Positions 6,929 through 11,030 of a stretch of DNA of 11,030 nt are shown here, in pieces (the first letter of the stretch is position 1; the number at the start of each line of letters is the position of its first letter). The translations under genes were made by a program, and so were the position numbers. The stretch is from NCBI GenBank assembly GCA_052386995.1, contig JBQTJP010000319.1, forward strand, positions 1-11,030, in the 5' to 3' direction. Origin of the DNA: Armatimonadota bacterium (GTDB lineage: Bacteria; Sysuimicrobiota; Sysuimicrobiia; Sysuimicrobiales; Humicultoraceae). Below the pieces are notes generated by a model. That model saw only the letters and a program-made list of their open reading frames with translations, was not told the DNA's origin and ran no database searches.

Positions 6929-7800
6929 AGCGTCGTGGCGGTTCCGCGCAGTCCTTGCGGGCGCACGAACAGAATCCCGATCATCAACATGAAGGCGACC
7001 AGGTCGCTGTACTCGGCGGCGACGTAGGCCGCGGTCATCGTCTCAGCCAGCCCCACGATGAAGGCGCCGAGGACCGCGCCAGAGATGCTCCCCATGCCCC
7101 CGAAGATGACGATGGCGAACGACTTAAGGATGGCGATCGCCCCGATGTGCGGATCGAACGCCCGCATGGGGGAAATCAGAGCGCCGGCGGTTCCGGCCAG
7201 GGCTGCGGCGATGGCAAACGTCACCAGCGAGATGCGGTCCAGGTTGATTCCCACGAGCGCGGCGGCCTCACGGTTCTGTGACATCGCCCTCAGCGCCTTG
7301 CCGACCTTTGCTTTTCTGAGGAATAGCCACACGCCGCCGATCAGCGAAGCCGTCATGAGAACGATGAAGATCTGGTGGTAGGTGATGATCGCGCCGCCCA
7401 GGTTCACCTTGGCGTCCCCGAATGGCGATCGGATCAACTTGTAATCGCCGCCGAACGCCCAGAGGGCGGCATTTTGAAGAATCAGCAGGATCCCCAATGC
7501 TGCGACGAACGTCGTGGCGCCGCCGGCTTGGCGCAGCGGCCGGTAGACTAGCACGTTGTCCATTACCCCGATCGCCGCGACCCCGACCATGGCGGCGGGG
7601 AGCGAGAGGAAGTAGCTCAGTCCGAAGACGTTGGTGACGTAGAAACCCACGTACGCGCCCAACATGTACAGCGCACCCTGCGCGAAGTCGGCGATCTGCA
7701 TCACGCCGAAGATCAGCGTCAGCCCCATGGCGACGAGGGCGTACAGGCTGCTGACGAAGAGGGCGTTGACGAGGAACTGCGCAAAGGTGCCGAGGTCCAT
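6925..7800 (-). CDS. livH: HAAT ABC transporter permease, LivH-like (291 aa)
   Basis: QFLVNAL..SLYALVAMGLTLIFGVM, GKALRAMSQNREAAALVGIN, LKSFAIVIFGGMGSISGAVLGA, LFVRPQGL. Start ATG7800 (MDLGTFAQ); the ORF-track extension to 7941 is not permease-like. Confidence 0.94.
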   Translation of the reverse strand: MDLGTFAQFLVNALFVSSLYALVAMGLTLIFGVMQIADFAQGALYMLGAYVGFYVTNVFGLSYFLSLPAAMVGVAAIGVMDNVLVYRPLRQAGGATTFVAALGILLILQNAALWAFGGDYKLIRSPFGDAKVNLGGAIITYHQIFIVLMTASLIGGVWLFLRKAKVGKALRAMSQNREAAALVGINLDRISLVTFAIAAALAGTAGALISPMRAFDPHIGAIAILKSFAIVIFGGMGSISGAVLGAFIVGLAETMTAAYVAAEYSDLVAFMLMIGILFVRPQGLRGTATTL

Positions 7801-7965
7801 GCAGGCGATCCCTGGCGCATCGTTCGGCCCGCCGGCATGGCCCCCCTGCTCGCATGGGCGGGCTGCGGGAGAGGAACCGCGGTGTCGCCCGTCCAAGCAC
7901 GCTAGCAAATCCACGCGCGCACTCGACAATAGTCCGTGCAAGAGTCAGAGGAGGGATGGTTGCAA
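7801..7965. promoter_or_regulatory. Divergent promoter region between livH and the binding-protein gene
   Basis: 165-bp gap between divergent starts. RBS GAGGAGGG at 7948-7955 (+). Candidate extended -10 TG-C-TAGCGT on the minus strand at 7907-7899. Weak GACAAT -10-like hexamer at 7925-7930 (+). The promoter elements are tentative. Confidence 0.55.
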
Positions 7966-9237
7966 ATGCGGAACCGGCTGAACTCGCTGAATGCAATGAT
8001 CGTCGCGCTGCTCGCGGTCGCGCTCGGGTTCGGTGTCTTCAGCACGCCGGGGCTTGGAGGCGCCGCGGCGCCTGACCGGATCACGATCGGGTTCACCGTC
8101 CCGCTCACCGGCGCGGTTGCCGCCGAAGGCAACGGTGTGCGCGAAGGCGCGGAGCTCGCGGCCAAGATCATCAACGATGCCGGCGGCATTCGCGTCCGCG
8201 GCCGCACCGTGCGGATCGAACTCGCCTTTGAGGACGACCGGTGCAGTCCGGCCGGAGGCACCGAGGCGGCGAACCGGCTTGTCGCGCGCCGGGTGGAGTT
8301 CGTGGGCGGCAATTTCTGCAGCTCATCGGCACTGGCCTCCCAGCCCGTGTTCGCGCAGGCCGGAATCCCGCAGGTGGTCTATGCCTTCGCAACCGAACTG
8401 ACCGGAGACGCGCGCGAGAAGACGAACGCGACGCTCTCGGTCCGGATCGGCCCGCAGGCCAAGACCGAGATGGCTCCGCTGGCCAAGTACGCCGTCGTCG
8501 TCAACAACCACCGGACGTTCTTTGCCATGGCGCAGAATACCGACTTCGGCCGCTCGATGGTCGCCGAGTTCAGGGCCGTGCTCACCAAACTGGGCGGGCG
8601 GTTCGTGGGCGAGCCCGAATTCTTCCCGTTCGCGGCGACCGACTACCGGACGATCCTGACCCGGGCGCGCGGGTCCGGCGCGCAAGGGCTGCTCGCCATC
8701 GGCCTGCTCGGCGAAATGATCGGCATCACGTTACAGTACCGCGAGCTCGGGCTGACGCAGGGATTCTACGGCAGCGACCTGCTCGAAGACTTTCCGTACA
8801 TGGAGGCCGTGGGCGATCGGAACCGCGGCTTTTATTCACCCTGGGTCTACGACGATGGCGCCGATGAGCGCAAATTCCGGCGCAGCGAACCGGAGCGCGA
8901 GTCCAAGATCATGGGGCTCGCGTTCCTCAGCACCCACCGCCGGCGCGCCACGCGCAACAACTCCTGGGGGTGGGGGACAGTCCAGTTGATCAAGCAGGCG
9001 ATCGAGAAGGCGGATACCACCGATCGGGCCTCCGTGGCGGCGCGGATCCTCGTGCCGCGAGAGACCTTTGACCTGCCGCTCGGCACGTATGGCTTCCTGC
9101 CCTGCGGCCAGGCCGACATGCGCGTGGGCGTCGCCACGTACGAGGGCGGGTTCAAGAAGGTCCTCCTCGTCGACCGCGACTATGCCAGCACTGCGCCGGT
9201 CGTGCTGACCTCTGAGGATCTCTGTCCAAGGAAGTAG
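7966..9237 (+). CDS. HAAT ABC transporter periplasmic substrate-binding protein, LivJ/LivK superfamily (423 aa)
   Basis: Sec-type signal peptide (MRNR, hydrophobic stretch, AAA; no lipobox). ITIGFTVPLTGAVAAEG, INDAGGI, EDDRCSP, GGNFCSS, NTDFGR and TDYRTIL match type I periplasmic binding proteins of the Liv family. RBS 10 nt upstream. Confidence 0.92.
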   Translation: MRNRLNSLNAMIVALLAVALGFGVFSTPGLGGAAAPDRITIGFTVPLTGAVAAEGNGVREGAELAAKIINDAGGIRVRGRTVRIELAFEDDRCSPAGGTEAANRLVARRVEFVGGNFCSSSALASQPVFAQAGIPQVVYAFATELTGDAREKTNATLSVRIGPQAKTEMAPLAKYAVVVNNHRTFFAMAQNTDFGRSMVAEFRAVLTKLGGRFVGEPEFFPFAATDYRTILTRARGSGAQGLLAIGLLGEMIGITLQYRELGLTQGFYGSDLLEDFPYMEAVGDRNRGFYSPWVYDDGADERKFRRSEPERESKIMGLAFLSTHRRRATRNNSWGWGTVQLIKQAIEKADTTDRASVAARILVPRETFDLPLGTYGFLPCGQADMRVGVATYEGGFKKVLLVDRDYASTAPVVLTSEDLCPRK

Positions 9238-9285
9238 TCAAGGCCGATGCCGGTCGCCTTTTCGAGACCTTGGGGGTGCTCAGGA

Positions 9286-10293
9286 GTGCAGACAAAGGAA
9301 GTCGGTCTCGCAGAGGTACTGATGCGAATGCTGTCGGGATACCAGCTTTCGCAGGCCATTTCGGTGGGGGTAAGGCTCGGCGTCCCCGACCTGCTGAAGG
9401 ATGGCGCCAGGAGCAGCGATGAGCTTGCCCGGAGGACCGAGGCACACCCGCCGTCGCTGTATCGGCTCTTGCGAACACTGGCGGCTGCAGGCCTGCTTAC
9501 AGAGAGCTCCGACCGCCGGTTCGCGCTCACGCCGCTGGGTGCCCTGCTTCGGCGCGACACTCCGGACTCGCTCCATGCGATGGCGAGCTTTGTAAGCATC
9601 AAAGAATCGTGGGAACGATGGGGGGATATGCTGCAGCGAGTTCGATCCGGAGAGCCGGTATCCGGGAACATCTTCCTGGAAAGAGGGAAGGCAAGCCCGG
9701 AGTGGGCAGCCGCCTTCAACAATTACATGACCGAGTTGGCGGCGAGACGAGCCGCTGCGGTTCTCGGCGGCTACGATTTTGCCGGCATCGCAACTGTCGT
9801 CGACGTCGGTGGAGGCCATGGACGGCTCCTCGCATCGATTCTAAAGGCCTACCCGACCATGCGCGGCATCTTATTCGACCTCCCGCACGTGATAGAGGGA
9901 GCCAAGGGCCTCCTCGATGCCGCAGGGGTCGCGGATCGCTGCGAACGCATCGGGGGAGATTTCTTCGAAACCGTGCCGCGGGGCGGGGACGCCTATCTCC
10001 TCTCGGTCGTCATCCATGATTGGGACGATGAGCGGGCCCTCATCATCTTGAAGAACTGCCGCACGGCAATGGGAACGTCTGGGCGCCTCTTGCTGATCGA
10101 GCGCGTCGTGTCAACCGACGGCGAGCAATCCCTCCACGTGATGCTGTCCGACCTCAACATGCTTGTTGGACCGGGCGGGCGCGAGCGAACCGCGGAGGAA
10201 TTCAGCGCGCTGCTTTCCACGGCGGGGTTCAGGCTCAAGCGTATCGTCCCACTGGAGTTTTCATACAACGTGGTCGAAGGCGTGCCAGTCTGA
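9286..10293 (+). CDS. SAM-dependent O-methyltransferase (COMT/ASMT-like Methyltransf_2 family with N-terminal dimerisation domain)
   Basis: N-terminal LGVPDLL..ELA..LYRLLRTL dimerisation helices, VVDVGGGHG, ILFDLPHV, GGDFF, catalytic VIHDWDD, DLNML, GGRERT. Start ambiguous (ATG9247, GTG9286 or ATG9322). Confidence 0.92.
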   Translation: MQTKEVGLAEVLMRMLSGYQLSQAISVGVRLGVPDLLKDGARSSDELARRTEAHPPSLYRLLRTLAAAGLLTESSDRRFALTPLGALLRRDTPDSLHAMASFVSIKESWERWGDMLQRVRSGEPVSGNIFLERGKASPEWAAAFNNYMTELAARRAAAVLGGYDFAGIATVVDVGGGHGRLLASILKAYPTMRGILFDLPHVIEGAKGLLDAAGVADRCERIGGDFFETVPRGGDAYLLSVVIHDWDDERALIILKNCRTAMGTSGRLLLIERVVSTDGEQSLHVMLSDLNMLVGPGGRERTAEEFSALLSTAGFRLKRIVPLEFSYNVVEGVPV

Positions 10294-10296
10294 TGG

Positions 10297-11030
10297 CTAT
10301 GCCGGGTGTTTGAGTAGGAGGACGTCGTCGGGCGAAAAGCGGATCGTGACCGCACCGCCTTCTGGAAAGCGCGCGTGTGATCGGGGATTGGTCGCGTGCA
10401 CGCGCACTCGACGATCGCCGGCCAGTTCGACCTCGCACGACATCACGGAGCCAAGATAGTTCTTCAGGCGGAGCGTTCCGGGCAGGATGTTATCGAGAGC
10501 CCCGCCGGCCGGCGAAGCCGCCTCTGCCAGATCGATCGCTTCGGGCCGCAGGCAGATCGTGACCCGCTCGTCCACCGCAAAACCCTGATTGCGGGCCGCG
10601 GCCGCCCGCAGTATTGCGCCGCCGTCGAGCGCGACGGCGATCAGCCCGCCGCTGGCGCCGACAGCACTCGAGGCCTCGCGGATCGTGCCTGGCAGGAAGT
10701 TCGCTCCCCCCAGGAAGTCCGCCACGAACGTATCCACAGGGCGTTCGTAGACGTCCTGCGGCGTTCCCAACTGCACGAGATGCCCGTTGTGCAGGACCGC
10801 GATGCGCGTGGACAGCATCAGGGCTTCGTCCTGATCATGGGTCACGTAGATCGTCGTAATGCCCAGGTGCCGCTGCAGGTTGATCAGTTCGTTGCGCATC
10901 TGCACGCGCAACCGGGCATCGAGGTTCGACAGCGGCTCATCCAGCAGGAGCAGCGCCGGCTCCACGACCACCGCGCGGGCCAGCGCCACGCGCTGCTGCT
11001 GCCCGCCGGAGAGCTGCGAGGGCAGCCGGC
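10297..11030 (-). CDS. ABC transporter ATP-binding protein, PotA/FbpC/MalK-like with C-terminal TOBE domain; 5'-truncated by the window end
   Basis: Frame is open from 11028: [80 protein letters not shown]. Confidence 0.94.
   Translation of the reverse strand, partial: RLPSQLSGGQQQRVALARAVVVEPALLLLDEPLSNLDARLRVQMRNELINLQRHLGITTIYVTHDQDEALMLSTRIAVLHNGHLVQLGTPQDVYERPVDTFVADFLGGANFLPGTIREASSAVGASGGLIAVALDGGAILRAAAARNQGFAVDERVTICLRPEAIDLAEAASPAGGALDNILPGTLRLKNYLGSVMSCEVELAGDRRVRVHATNPRSHARFPEGGAVTIRFSPDDVLLLKHPA

Noticed and set aside
7268..7996. 242-aa minus-strand ORF and 208-aa plus-strand ORF at 8241-8867
   Set aside because: Same-strand alternative frames of livH and the binding protein; low-complexity Arg-rich translations.
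1..11030. CRISPR arrays, tRNA/rRNA, IS elements, retron or other defence genes
   Set aside because: No spaced repeats, cloverleaf, transposase, reverse transcriptase or nuclease motifs seen. The only gaps over 100 bp are 4293-4468 and 7801-7965.

Overview
GC-rich bacterial accessory-metabolism region, almost fully coding, with 13 CDSs (two cut by the window edges). Left (+): the FAD (CoxM/CutM-like) and 2Fe-2S (CoxS/CutS-like) subunits of a xanthine-dehydrogenase-family molybdenum hydroxylase, a translationally coupled Asp/Glu/hydantoin-racemase-superfamily protein whose two catalytic cysteines appear replaced (Thr86, Glu194), and a class I SAM methyltransferase. Middle (-): livH-livM-livG-livF-type (HAAT family) ABC permeases and ATPases, a 176-bp structured intergenic region, an APH/choline-kinase-family phosphotransferase and a MaoC/PhaJ-type hydratase. 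Right: a divergently transcribed LivJ/K-type binding protein and an O-methyltransferase (+), converging on a truncated PotA/FbpC/MalK-like ABC ATPase (-). I found no rRNA, tRNA, CRISPR array, transposase or integrase. The best novelty candidates are the cysteine-less racemase-fold enzyme tied to the hydroxylase and the alternative-pairing leader upstream of the phosphotransferase. All functional calls come from motif recognition by eye, not from database searches.
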